From Tubulanus polymorphus (Eukaryota > Animalia > Nemertea), in the NCBI RefSeq assembly GCF_964204645.1, contig NC_134025.1, positions 5,208,001 to 5,272,000 on the forward strand: a stretch of 64,000 nt of DNA, read 5' to 3'. Shown piece by piece: positions 1-12,869 of the stretch. The position numbers and the translations under genes are program-made. The notes beneath the pieces were generated by a model. It saw nothing but the letters and a program-made list of their open reading frames with translations, had not been told where the DNA came from and searched no databases. The stretch's first letter is position 1. Each line of letters begins with the position of its first letter.

Positions 1-3000
1 CATTGTAAGGCAAAGCAAGGGTATGGTTGTATGAATTTTTCATCTAGTAGCCTCATTGCGGTCTGTGGCAAGATGTCCGAGTATCCATAATCCATTAAAT
101 GAACCTTTCATAATCAAAACAAGAATTATAAAACAACAAATCCTGCGACGTAAAATGGGTGTTCTCCAATTTGTTCCATGCCAGAGTATGATTGAGATGG
201 CAAATTTCAAATAATATGCCTTTTCCATAAAAGCTTTACCTTGGATGTATCGTCTTCATAGACTTCCTTGACTTTAGCTCTGTACCACTTATTATCGCGA
301 GAATAACAAACTGCACACACGTCATCAACTTCCCACTTCATATTCAATGTAGGCGAATTTTCGTACATTTCTTTCAGCTGCTTCATCAAACTAATTGGAG
401 AGGACATTGATATAGAAATATCAAACGTAACATAGCCTTATACTGGTAATGATTAAGACTGAGTTGAAACATATTATTCTATTGTTACCTTTCTAACGAA
501 GAATCAGATGCATTTTGCATGAAAATTTCATCTGGAGACACAACGTGCGTTACATGTAATGAGTAGGCATTAGATGTAGTTTCATCAGATGACGTCTCAG
601 ATTCTGATTCCTCACATTTAACTGGGGAGGATTTCTAAAAATCAATTTTCAGCTTATAAGCAACTCCTTTACATATGACAGCATATACTGATATTCATAC
701 ATGTACAGTATTTCATATCAAAATGTACCTTAGTTACTTGTTTGCCTTCCTTAGGATAAGATCCAGGTGGACCAACAGTTTCTGTTGTTCCTTGTTTATG
801 CGCTTCAGCCAGCTCACTCAGGTCAGCCCAAGAAACTTTAACTACAGCTAAGTCAGCAATTTCTGCAGTCTTTTCTTCTGACTTGTTAGTTTTTCCCGGC
901 GAAGGAGGTAGAGTACTTTGCGTTACTGATCTGTTGAATCATACATACATCTCAGAAATTACACGCACAAGGATTTTAGATTAGGTATGGTATGTTAAAT
1001 GGGGTGCTGGCAACACTAGTGTGGCAAGTATAATTCTACCAGCTTCCACCGGGTTTGCTAGTTTACTGTACAGATTGATGTCGACGCTGGATTTCTTGAT
1101 CGACTCAATTAAAATCTAATGATAATTTCTTTAATTCTATGATGTACAAATATCATGTCATGTGTGAACTCTTAAGACTAATTGAAGTTTATCTAGATCC
1201 TAGTACCTAATCTTCTGATTGGAAGACCAGACATTTGATAGCTTACCCCAGACCAGTGCTGAGTGCATAACCAAGTCGAACTAACTGAGCATTGATACTG
1301 ATTCGGTTCCCATCTTGTACTTCAAATGCTAATACTGAGAGCTGACTTTTGTTCAACTCTGCAAACATAGAATTCACTCATCACCAATAATTGGAGCAAG
1401 TTCAAGGTAGTATCAATAGTATCAATATAATAATTGAATGAATATCATGCAAGTACCTTTCACTTCAAAGACTAATTCCTTAGAAAACATCAGTTCTTTC
1501 ATCTTTTCAATACACTAAAATATGGAAGATTATCACGATTATCAATACAAACGCAAGGCTGTTAAAGATGAATAAATCTATGAACAATACCTCATCTGAC
1601 CATTGTTTTCCTGATAATGGTTGAATATCGGCTAATCGACAAGGTAATGCCTACAAAACACTTATTCTTAATAATCCTCAAAGGAAACATTTTCAACAGA
1701 TTTCTACATAAAACACTATGAAATATGAAAAGGTTTTCATGAATCAATTTACCTGTGCTTCGAGGATCATGAACTTTGGTAACACTTTCTTGACATCCCA
1801 GACAGTGATGAGCTTATTGCAACCAATATCAATTAATTCAACATCAATCATACGCTTACCGAGCATCCGCATGACATGAGCTCTGTACCACCTTCCATCA
1901 TCAGGATTCCTCACAATGCATGCCATATCTACGTAAAATCAATGAATAATATCATTTAATATTGAGAGAGGGATGAGACTTGCATCAAAACCTATAAAAC
2001 TCATGGTGCTACCTTTTCGTGGACAGAATATCGACCATAATTCTCCTTTATCAGATTTGTACGTGTTTTGCAGGCTTATATTAATATCTTTGAAGTACGA
2101 TGCATAGTCTCCGCGCTAAAAAATAGATCAATATACTAACAACAAATCTTCAATCAAACATTGAAATTGTTTGTGGTGTAAGAAGCCTACTCTCTGAATG
2201 AAGAACGTAGATGGACTAAAGCAGTAACTGATTTTTCCAAGAACTTCGCTGTTAGGTTTTGGAAGAGTCGGAGCAAAAAATCTTTTCTCTGCCAAAGCTG
2301 GTACGCCTGAAAAATAATCACACGAACAAAGAAGAAATCCATTACGACATTGTACCACTCAGTTTGATGCTGTTCAATATCCATAGATTTTTAATGCTTT
2401 AAAATAGATGTTATAATTTCGGTTTTTCCCCCAATGAAGTAGATCTCAGATGTAGGTACTTACTGGATATGGAATGCTCTGATGTGAAACATGCTAATTC
2501 CATGAATACCAGCGCATCACGTACTGACACTGGACGGTCATCAGGTATATCATCATTAGGTGGTTTACTCAGATCGATATAAAGGAGGTTGTTTTCATAT
2601 GAATGCACCTATCATTGTATGAAGCACGAAGAAAACAATAACTGAAGATTCTCTAGAAAAGATGAGTTTTGATTTCATAACATATGATAAACTTACAGTT
2701 AGAATCATGGTTGAATTACTACCAGTCATCTTGTCAAATGTGTCTATAGCTTCTTGGGACCACTTCGTACTCTATACATACATAACATAATACACGTATA
2801 AGCAGTAGAAAAATCAATTCTCTTTTAGGAAGTAAACTTCATGTGCTTCATATTCACATTGGGTACAATACATCACCTTTTCTGCAGGTACGATATCCAC
2901 AAGTGAACATAATATTCCATATTCAGGATCGCGCATATACTTCTTCGGCATTGCAATTATTCTGGAATAAACGTCCAAAATATAGCAAAAAAAATCTATA

Positions 3001-6000
3001 AACATTTTTGAACACTCCCTCAACTAATAATAATTCACCTTTCAAGAGGAACAAATTCCTTATTCCCGAAATCAAAATAAACAACTTCTACAGATCCAGC
3101 CGGAATTGTGTCTGAAAGTTCTTGTAGAGTACTAATCACACGTGCCCTGTACCACTGATCATCTTGTGTAAAGGAAGCCAGCACTAAATCACCTAAATTA
3201 ATAATTACAAACTTTATTAGATGCCCTCAAATGAACACAATATGCAACTGATATTTATGAGAAATTAAATACACATCAGTTCATACCTATGTTGACGTCT
3301 TTGACTCTCTCCCTTTTCTTGGCACCTGCAGCATACTTGTTTATATCGCGTGATAATTTAGACAGTCTCCTTGCATCGCGGAGTAGTTGGATGACAAAAT
3401 GGCATGGATTTTTTATATGTGTCACAACAACTTGTTCACAAGACGCTGGAAGAATAGCAGCAGTAAGTTATCAATGTTACACAAAATTCCGGTAATGAAC
3501 ATTTACTAATTTTTAGATTTTCTACAAAAAATCATCAAACTCGAATAACTTACATTTTTCCAGGTGAGATTTTTTGGGTATGGCAATTGGCTCTTCAAGA
3601 GACCTGAGATTTTCATGCATTGTATTACCATCAACAGAGTTGGTACGAGAAAGTGTATGGGAACTGGCATTGGATACCAAGTCTATTATATCCTCTGTGT
3701 AAAACAATAAGAATAAATAATAACTGATGAGAGGATGAATTGAAGAAAGACAGAAGCAGAGAGTCTATTTCAACTTATATGGTATTGGTAGAAATGTGTG
3801 ACCCGCTGGTTCTATTTAATCTAAAATACAAACATTTAACCAGTATACTGTTCCTATTTGATGCAAACCTTCAATGACAACATCTGATGAATGGGTTGAA
3901 TAAGATGGCACGGACACGCTGGGTGAAGCACCACTGTCTGCATCTACCGAGTCTAATTCAAACATATCTACATCCACACTGTTCACATCTGGCATATCTA
4001 GCAACTGAGCCAGTTTGAAACTATACAAAAAATAAACACAAGAGCAGTTGTAAACATCATAAATGATAACTAATGAATCCATTTTCACTAAAAAAAAAAA
4101 CCTATAGAACTGCAGAATTAACATACCTTGGTAGGTCAGCGCTAAGTACAACTTGACCATATTCTTTTATCAACTTCTCAAAGTCATCATCATATTTACA
4201 CCTGACAAAAATCAATTATTCTTAATTGCAAACTTAAAGACTGTATTGAGATTGGACATCACTGAACATGTAATCACTCTACTCACCCGAAATTAATCTC
4301 CTTACAGTCTGATGCAACAAGTACACAAGGCAAAGCAGTAGTAGCTTCTAATCTATCAAGAATACCTTGACCATTCAAAATCTCTGCATTAGAATTGCGT
4401 AGTATTTGCCCCTCTGTAAATAAAAGCATGAAGATTAAAACAAAGCAACATTTTCAAAAGGGAACTCCACCATGTGATCATCGTTGCATGTGATGAAATC
4501 AATGTCAATTACCGGGTAAGTGAATTGGTTTAAAGGAAAGTCAAATGTATTTCCCTCTTTCATTGTCCAAGACAATTAAGGTGGCTGTATTTTCTGTATG
4601 AGACATGTCACCATTTTGTTAAGGGCAGTCAATGCAATCTGTTTGTACATGTGGTGCTTCTTATCGTTGGTTTACCTTTCAATAGATATTCTATCTTAGA
4701 TATATTTTCTTCAATTTCAGTTTTTAACTGACTCACAGGCTCGGTTACTAATTGTACTGTGTTCTGTATGTCTTCAATCAAAGCTTGTTCTCTGAAATGG
4801 CATAAAAGCACATGATACTGTCCCTGAAGAGAAAACATGCGTATGTTTTGTAAGAATGGAAATATTCAAGGTCATTCTTAACTAACCTTGCTTGCAGAAG
4901 AGAATGGCATCGATGAAAATGGTACCGCACATCAGAAATTCTCTTTTGAATATCAGTTTTTAAATCAGGAAAATGTCCGCTTAAATGCTAAAATATTAAA
5001 CCAAAACCACCACCAATGATGAGGCAAGAAATATTATTAAATCCCATATTTTTGGATGGTTTAAGTCAAATACCTTCCGAGATTTTTGAAGAGTAGACTT
5101 AATGATAGCAGCTTTCTTCATAGCTGGAACCAATTCACCAATAACAGCCTGGTTCTGTAAATGAAAAACATTCACTACAAATGTACAATTCACTACGAAT
5201 ATGGTGACACTTATCAATTTATAGACAGAAAACATTTATATTCATTCACCTTTTCTTCAAGAGGGGTAATTGCATGGCCTTTGTGATCTCCGACGATAAC
5301 ACAACGGGAACATATGGCTACATGATCATCCTCGCAGTAATATTCAAACGGACGGTTGTTATGAGGCTCACATGCCATAGGACCATCACTGGCATGACTA
5401 AAAAAATTTGGAATACATGCAACTGAAATCACTCGAACTAATCAAAGGATTAAATTCTCTCAATGAAATTGATCAATGCAAAAAATGTTTGATTTGATAA
5501 TTCTAAGGAATATTCTTTTAAAATATCATTACAAGAAAGTGTTGAAACATTAAACACAGAAGATAACAAAATTCACCACTACTGACGGACATTCGAATAG
5601 ATCATAATATATATACCGGTAAATAATCGATTAGCTTGAGTTGTAAAAATAATCAACTTTCACCAAAAAAGCGAGCTAGATAAATGATGAATCATCAAGC
5701 CTACAGCTACAGTTCGATTTCAATTCTAGTCAAAATGTTATCAGGGAATACATTTTGCATTTTGAGAGGTGTAAGCAAAAGCAAAACGTGCAGTTCACAA
5801 CATCCTAAATACTTTTATTACAAACATATTCATAGACAATCTTGTACTACATACCTGCTAAAAAATCGATATGCCATTCTAGTGAAAGTGAAGGAAACAA
5901 AAAATAATTTACGTGATGAATCACGTGGATAATGAGGCCAAATTTCAATTACTGGGTAGTAACAAAATGAAACTTGTGAAAACTTTTCATTGTATGATAT

Positions 6001-7574
6001 AATATTAATAATAATAATCATGCCCACTTGATGCAATGCTAGAAAATCAGAAAAGCGCAATTCAATACCCTCTGTTGAATACTTTCTTAACCAACCTGAT
6101 TTATTCATGGACAGGCGAAAAGTGAACGTCGCAATAAGCCTGCTGAGGATACTCCTAAGTGGATTACAAAAACTTACTCATTTTTATTCAAAAGGATTGG
6201 TTGATGCTTCCTCAAAATCTTTGCTTCATGGACCTAAAAATTCATAATCACACAAATGACAAGTGCAATCAACCATTCACAAGAACAGTGAATGACAGCG
6301 AGATATTGGTTGGCTTTTTATATCATGAAATTATTACCTTGTCAAAACATTTCCGACACATATTGCATTCACACTTGAGACAGGACACAGTGGCTTCATT
6401 GACAGCACATTCACTGCATGGATCTTCTATAAAATAAGAATGTTATTTCAAGCAGGGGTCGAATCTTCAGACAACTAGTAGTAACGTCGGTACTAGTACA
6501 ATGACTTAGAGAAAAGTCTTACCTCGAAAATGATCGAGTCCAGATGCTCCACCTGGAGAAACTGATGGTTGTTTTCGCTTAGTGACTATTGGTTGAAATT
6601 TCAGCAACTCCCTGAATGGATACAGAGACACATTCATAATCATTGTCATTAACTCATCATTAATCTCAGAATTAATCAGTAGTTCACTTACAAAGGTATG
6701 GTTCTTTGTTTCGATACAGTAAGCCCCAACAGATAGATATCATACGGTAGATTCTTGATGTCACCATCTTGAACTGGAGTCAAAGTCTGTAACCAAAAGA
6801 CTGATTCATTAACTAAACTCATTACATAACTAAAAACAAGTGATACACATTATATATGTTCTGTAAACCGGCAGAATCTGCACAATTGTGCCCCTAATCG
6901 CTTAGCCTACCTGACAAGCTGGACATGATATCGAAGTTTTCTTGAGTTTGATCAGTTTTCGCAAGCAAGCTTCACAATATGTATGGCCACATTTTAACAT
7001 AAGTGGCACCTTTTGAGTATCTCTATGATAACCATCTACAAAGTTCAATAGCAGTAAAATATTTTCATTAATTCAAAAAATTTGAATTTTTGCTGTAGTG
7101 GAGAGCGTATTTTCGAGAAACCAAACACCACAAATTGAAAAGGACAGTGTGACTGAGAAATAAAAGCAAGAATTGGTATTGACTTCACTGAGAACCTTCA
7201 TAGAGTCAGTGGATCATCGTTATCACCAGCTCTTATAGTATACAGGACCTTCAACAGGACCTTTTGATGCGGCGTACGTGGTCAAATGAATTGTGATTTT
7301 GTTGAAGAGTTCCTTGTCCCAGCCCACACCCTTTATGGCATCAAAGTTACATCATAAATTAATAGATGGCTTTATAAAGTCGATGTTAACTCTCTCAGGG
7401 CTCTCTAAGCACTCAGCGGTATTTACGCAGGCTATGCCCATATGGGCCATAATCTGCCAAAAATTTGGAAATTTTGTGCACCGTAAATCGTGATTTTCAG
7501 CGAAAAAAAGAATAGTTTTCACCTTTAGCGCTAAAGATCTGATTACACGTAGCACAGTACATGGCTTTATGCAT
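1..7574 (-). CDS. RNF17: RING finger, two B-boxes, coiled coil and multiple Tudor domains (RNF17/TDRD4, qin/kumo-like piRNA-pathway protein); multi-exon, 3' end outside window
   Basis: Exon 7574-7523 (MHKAMYCATCNQIFSAK) splices to about 7036-6911 (DGYHRDTQKVPLMLKCGHTYCEAC...CPAC), giving a RING. B-box exons follow (CRKCFDK|VHEAKILRKH; CEPHNNRPFEYYCEDDHVAICSRCVIVGDHKGH), then repeated Tudor motifs (DDQWYRA, DDGRWYRAHV, DNKWYRAKV). Confidence 0.85.
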
Positions 7575-8361
7575 TTTCTACAGCTTGACAACTCTTAATG
7601 AATAGCTGATAAATGTTTTTTACACAATGTAAGAGAGCAAGAAACGGGCGCTGGGCCTAAATGGTAATCAACACTAGCACTAGTGGCAGTTAGATGGCAG
7701 CACTACACGGGTGGGTCGCGTGCCAAAGCTACTTCGAAATCTCGAATAGATGGCATTACAACTAGACATGTTCGCATGCCAGAGTAAGTTGTTATTGCAG
7801 ATAGATGGGGCAACAGTATGGGACAGCTGTTCACATGCCACAGACAGATAGTTTCTTACCCTTTCGGGTTCGCACCCGTAGTTCATTCATATTCCAAAAT
7901 GTGATTACAATTAATTTTCAGTCCTTTCAATTAAAATACTGGTATTTTTCTGTCTATTCAGAGAACGGAATCTATGGTCTATTCTAGTTGTTCTCATGCG
8001 ATCAGCGCGAACTTGGCTTCTCGGCATCGTCGGGCCCGGGGTCTAGACGGCCGGGCCCCGGTCGATGACCGCAAGGAATCTTATCAATATAAAATTGTAC
8101 AAAATAAAGCTCGACGATTTTCATTTTATCCGTGCATCCCCGTCACCATATTCAAACCAAACAACCTGTTACTCTCTTTACGCATGCATATAATTTGAAT
8201 CCTAATTTGTACGAACACGGCTGAGGCTTTAAATACCTGTGGCCCGGCGCTATATATATAACTATGGTTAATGAAAATATTGCGCAGGAGAATTTCTCGC
8301 TGCGACTTGAATTAGCAAAAAAGGGACAGATTCTGTGAAAAAAAGGTTTGAATTCTAAATC
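7575..8361. promoter_or_regulatory. Divergent promoter region between RNF17 and PAH
   Basis: Head-to-head start codons. CTCF-like AGATGGCAGCAC at about 7692-7703, GC-rich palindrome at 8025-8067 and TATATATATA at about 8250. Confidence 0.55.
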
Positions 8362-8508
8362 ATGGGTGAGGCGGCGAGCAAATTGAGACGATTGAACAAT
8401 CATAATATAATCACCGGCCATACACGTTTTGAAAATTTGGACACGATCAGTCGAACCAGTATCAATACACATGGAACTGATGATTCCGAAATATGCCCAC
8501 TATATAAG
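8362..8508 (+). CDS. PAH: Candidate alternative first coding exon (1a) of PAH, 49 codons
   Basis: ATG at 8362 is open to an AAG|GTAAGA donor at 8508. It is phase 0 and compatible with the exon starting at 9121, with a TATA-like run about 110 nt upstream. Confidence 0.55.
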
Positions 8509-9008
8509 GTAAGAAACCCATTGCTTTAAAATCTAAAGCTGGCATCATCGAAGATAGAATTTAGCAGTGCTATGATCTATCAAATTTGTTTTATATTCGG
8601 TACTCTCATGATTGATATGTCAAAATAATAGAATCAAATGGAAGGAGAAACATTCTTCTTATAAAAACGCTCTATATTGAAAAAAGAAATATTCTTTCGA
8701 AGACAACCTGTTAAATTATGCCAAATCGTCATGAAATTTGCTCAGTGTTCAATACAATCTAGCAATAAAGGTGTTAATGAAACATGATCAGCTACTCAAC
8801 TTAACAATCGGAACTTAATTTTGCTCTTTATGTGCGGGTTTTTTTCATTTGGTCAATATATCATTTGAATGATTGGAATTAGCGCGAATCTAAGATCAGC
8901 TGACATTTAGTGCTACCTGTGGTAGTCACCAGTACTAAGCTAATCGAAGACCTGACAAGCGGGCTCGAACGCGTCATTATTTGAGCTAACACTCAGAGGC
9001 ATAACGTC

Positions 9009-12000
9009 ATGGATTTGCAAAACGGCGATTCGGTCAGTTTTGAAAGGCGTTAATTGATAATAATTCACATTTTCTTTAGTGCACATTTTTTGTCATAATG
9101 GTGTCAATTATATATTTCAGAGCGATGCAAGCAATCCTGGATATCTTAAAGATGTAAAGGCGAAAAAAGATGCTACTTGTGTGGTATTCACGGTGTCCGA
9201 CGAGGTTGGCGCATTAGCTAAAGCTCTAAAAGTATTCGAGGTAAGATATTTATGCCTCTCTAATTACGATTTTTACGATCTTCCTGCGTAGAATTAGGTG
9301 TATAACTCCTTTTTTCATTCAAGGATTTTGATGCATCGTCATTTTAATTAATTTCATACCTATTTCAATATTGAAAAATTCCCTAGTAAATACTATATAT
9401 GTAACTTTTATGTGTATCATATTGTATCGCAAATAGTTTTCATGCGATCATGATGATATTACTTCATTCTTCACCTAAAGGATCACTATGTCACCCTTGA
9501 ACATATCGAATCTCGACCTTCGAAAACTTCATCTGGTGATTACGACTTTTTCGTCTCGGTCGACAGCAGTCTTCCTGGTTTCAAAAGCGCAATTGACGAC
9601 TTACAGAAACGGGCTCAATTTATGCAAGTTCTCCACAGAAATCCTGATGCCGACGAAGGTAGGAAAAAAACGGCCATTGTATGTTCCAATAGTACTGATA
9701 TATGTAACAGTCGTGCGTGTTTTCATGTATTCCACATGACTTTCAACGCGACCTGACCACAGGTCAAGATTTCTTGTCAGTCATCCAGGCCATTTAAGTA
9801 AGGTCATCAATAAAGTGACGAAACTGCTTTGCATTTTGTTGTTTTAGGATACTTTATACGGGAAGGTAAAATGAATAGAGCACAGCTTTCTAAATAGATT
9901 TTTATGAATTATGAATTATTAGATGGATTCATTTATTTAACGTTATTCTTTCACGGAAGCATGATGTTGTGGTGGACGTTGATTTCTAATATCATTTTTG
10001 CTATCATTTTTTATGTTTCGTATTGATATTTTTATACTTAACATGGTATCAGTGTATCTAGACACCTTTATTTTGCGCAGATAACATTGCTTTCTATGGT
10101 TATAAGTGTAACATTGAACATTTGCTATAACTATCTCTAGTACCATGGTTTCCTCAAAAGAAGAAGGATTTGGACCGATTTGCAAACCAGATTCTGAGCT
10201 ATGGATCAGAACTTGAAGCAGACCATCCAGTAAGTATTACACCTATATATTCATCACAATGTCCTGAAATGGACTGAAGATCTGACGAGAACTCATCTTC
10301 AAATTATCTCTGCACGTGTCTGAATCTTATGAATAATAATTTATTGATATTTTAGGGCTTCAAAGATCCAGTCTATCGCGCGAGAAGGAAGGAATTCGCC
10401 GATATTGCGTTCAACTACAAATAGTAAGACAGTTCACCACGAGTTTCATATTGAGCAAAATTCATAAGAGAAATCATAAAGTTTGCTAATATTTGCTTTA
10501 TTCCAGTGGCCAGCAAATACCCGAGGTAACCTATACCGAAGAAGAGGTGAAAACGTGGTAAGAACTTAGAAGGGTGAACAAAATAACACAAATGATAAAT
10601 GGGTGATTGATGATTAAAAAAGATTGAAGACTCATTTCTTCCGTAATGATAATATGTTGGTAAAGATTTGTTTACAGATCTGGAAAAACGCTACAATTTC
10701 TGTTTTCTTTTTGTTAGGGGTACAATATTTCGAGAATTGACAAAGTTGTATCCGACTCACGCATGTCGAGAATTCAACCACGTATTTCCTCTGCTGATTG
10801 AAAACTGCGGGTACAAAGAAGACAATATTCCACAGCTGCAGGACGTATCTGACTTTCTGCAAGGTGACAAACCATTCACATGAATTATAAAACGGCTCAA
10901 GGAATATATCAAAAAAGATGGCATTCTTCATTTTTTAATTTTGTTTTTCAGATTGCACTGGTTTCACGTTGAGACCCGTGGCTGGATTATTGTCATCAAG
11001 AGACTTTCTTGCCGGCTTAGCCCATAGAGTGTTCCATTCAACCCAGTATATTCGTCACAGTTCAGCCCCCATGTACACGCCCGAACCGTAAGCTCTGTAT
11101 AATCTTATTCAAGGGCCCCTCGTAGATTTTTGTATTTATTTATGAAACATTTCAAAAACAGACGTATGATTTATCTTTATTTTCGTCAATCCCGTGTCTG
11201 TCTGCATGACGCCCTTGAACAGAAACTGACCGCGTCTATACGGAAATAAACTAACCGGTATACCATAAAACAATACATGCAGAATATGGTCGAGTAGACC
11301 AATAATATATTTATACCATAAACGACAACCACCTGTGTCTTAAATTATGTTATCCGTGTTATAAATCTTATACATCTGTTCTGATACACACGTTCGAACA
11401 TAATGCTTTATGCCAGGTATATTCAAATCAGGAATACGAAATGAAATAGTTGATAAACAATTGAGGAAGTCTTCGTTATATGAAAAAAGATGTGAAAAAT
11501 AAGCCTTAAATCTGTGGAATCGCAGTTATACCGTAACGATGAGAATCTTAATATCAGACCTGTTAAAATTTATTTCCTTTTTCATGTGTTGGAACGTAAG
11601 TCAAAACTTAGCCAGAAGTATATCATTCAATGCTGTCTGGACCTTAATTCTTCGAACAGTATAATACTTTTTGATCCATCATGTTTAAGTCAAGTATTTT
11701 CATATCCAGAGATGTTTGTCATGAACTGTTGGGACATGTCCCTCTTTTCGCCGATCCAGCATTCGCTCAGTTCAGTCAAGAGATAGGACTGGCAAGTCTG
11801 GCTGCCTCAGACGATTTCATTGAAAAATTAGCAACGGTTAGTTTTAGCACGGTTAGTTTCAGTTCATATACATGTCTTATTTTAGAATCCTCCTTTATTG
11901 TTTTGTTGTTTTTTTGTCAGTGCTATTGGTTTACTGTTGAATTTGGTTTGTGTCGGCAAAACGGAGAACTGAAGGCATACGGCGCCGGATTGCTTTCATC

Positions 12001-12869
12001 GTTTGGAGAATTACAGGTAAAACTCTAAAAATGCCCTAAAATAAGAAAAATTCAAATGTTCATGTGTGAGCCTATAATTGCAGTATTGTCTCTCTGACAA
12101 ACCAGAGGTGAGGCCGTTCGAACCGCCGCAAACCGGCCTGCAGAAATATCCTATCACCAGCTTCCAACCGATTTATTACGTGGCTGAAAGCTTCGAGGAC
12201 GCGAAAGAAAAATTGTCGTAAGGAATCACAACTATTCATTCATATTTTCGTTTTCATCAGGAATATCAATTTTTGTATATATACTTATTGAGAATCATCT
12301 GTTTTGTTCGAATTACAGGAATTTTGCAGCTCGGTTCCCCAGGCCATTTGCTGTACGATATAACCCTTACACACAGTCGGTTGAAATTCTCGATTCGAAG
12401 CAACGAATTTCATCTTTGGTCAGGGATATTCGAAGTAAGTTTTACTTTATGAATCAAATAAAACTTAATTAAATGAATATCCAAGCGAGGGATTTACTGC
12501 ACCAGTTTTTGAAATGAACGTTGAGAAACTGATGTGACATATATCAGTACAAGAATGAATAAAACCAGCAGAATTAAAGATTCCTATTTTTGCTTTTCGC
12601 ATAGTTATGGCCGGTAAAATAGTAATTTCTTTTTTGGCATGCTGATTATATCGTGCACTAAACCGTCTTTTCACAATAAGCATGTGTATTTTGTAACACA
12701 TCTATGGGATTCCTATGTAGCACTGCCATCGGCATTTTCATATCATTTATGGTTATCTAATGTGGTTATAGATTGATATTCAATATGACGTAGACAATTT
12801 CATATGGGTTTTGATATTTCAGGTGAAATATGCATTTTGGAGGACGCTCTGCTGAAATTCAAAATGTAA
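9009..12869 (+). CDS. PAH: Phenylalanine-4-hydroxylase (about 13 coding exons)
   Basis: ACT domain ([12 protein letters not shown]|[14 protein letters not shown]), [74 protein letters not shown]. Stop TAA at 12867-12869. Confidence 0.95.
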
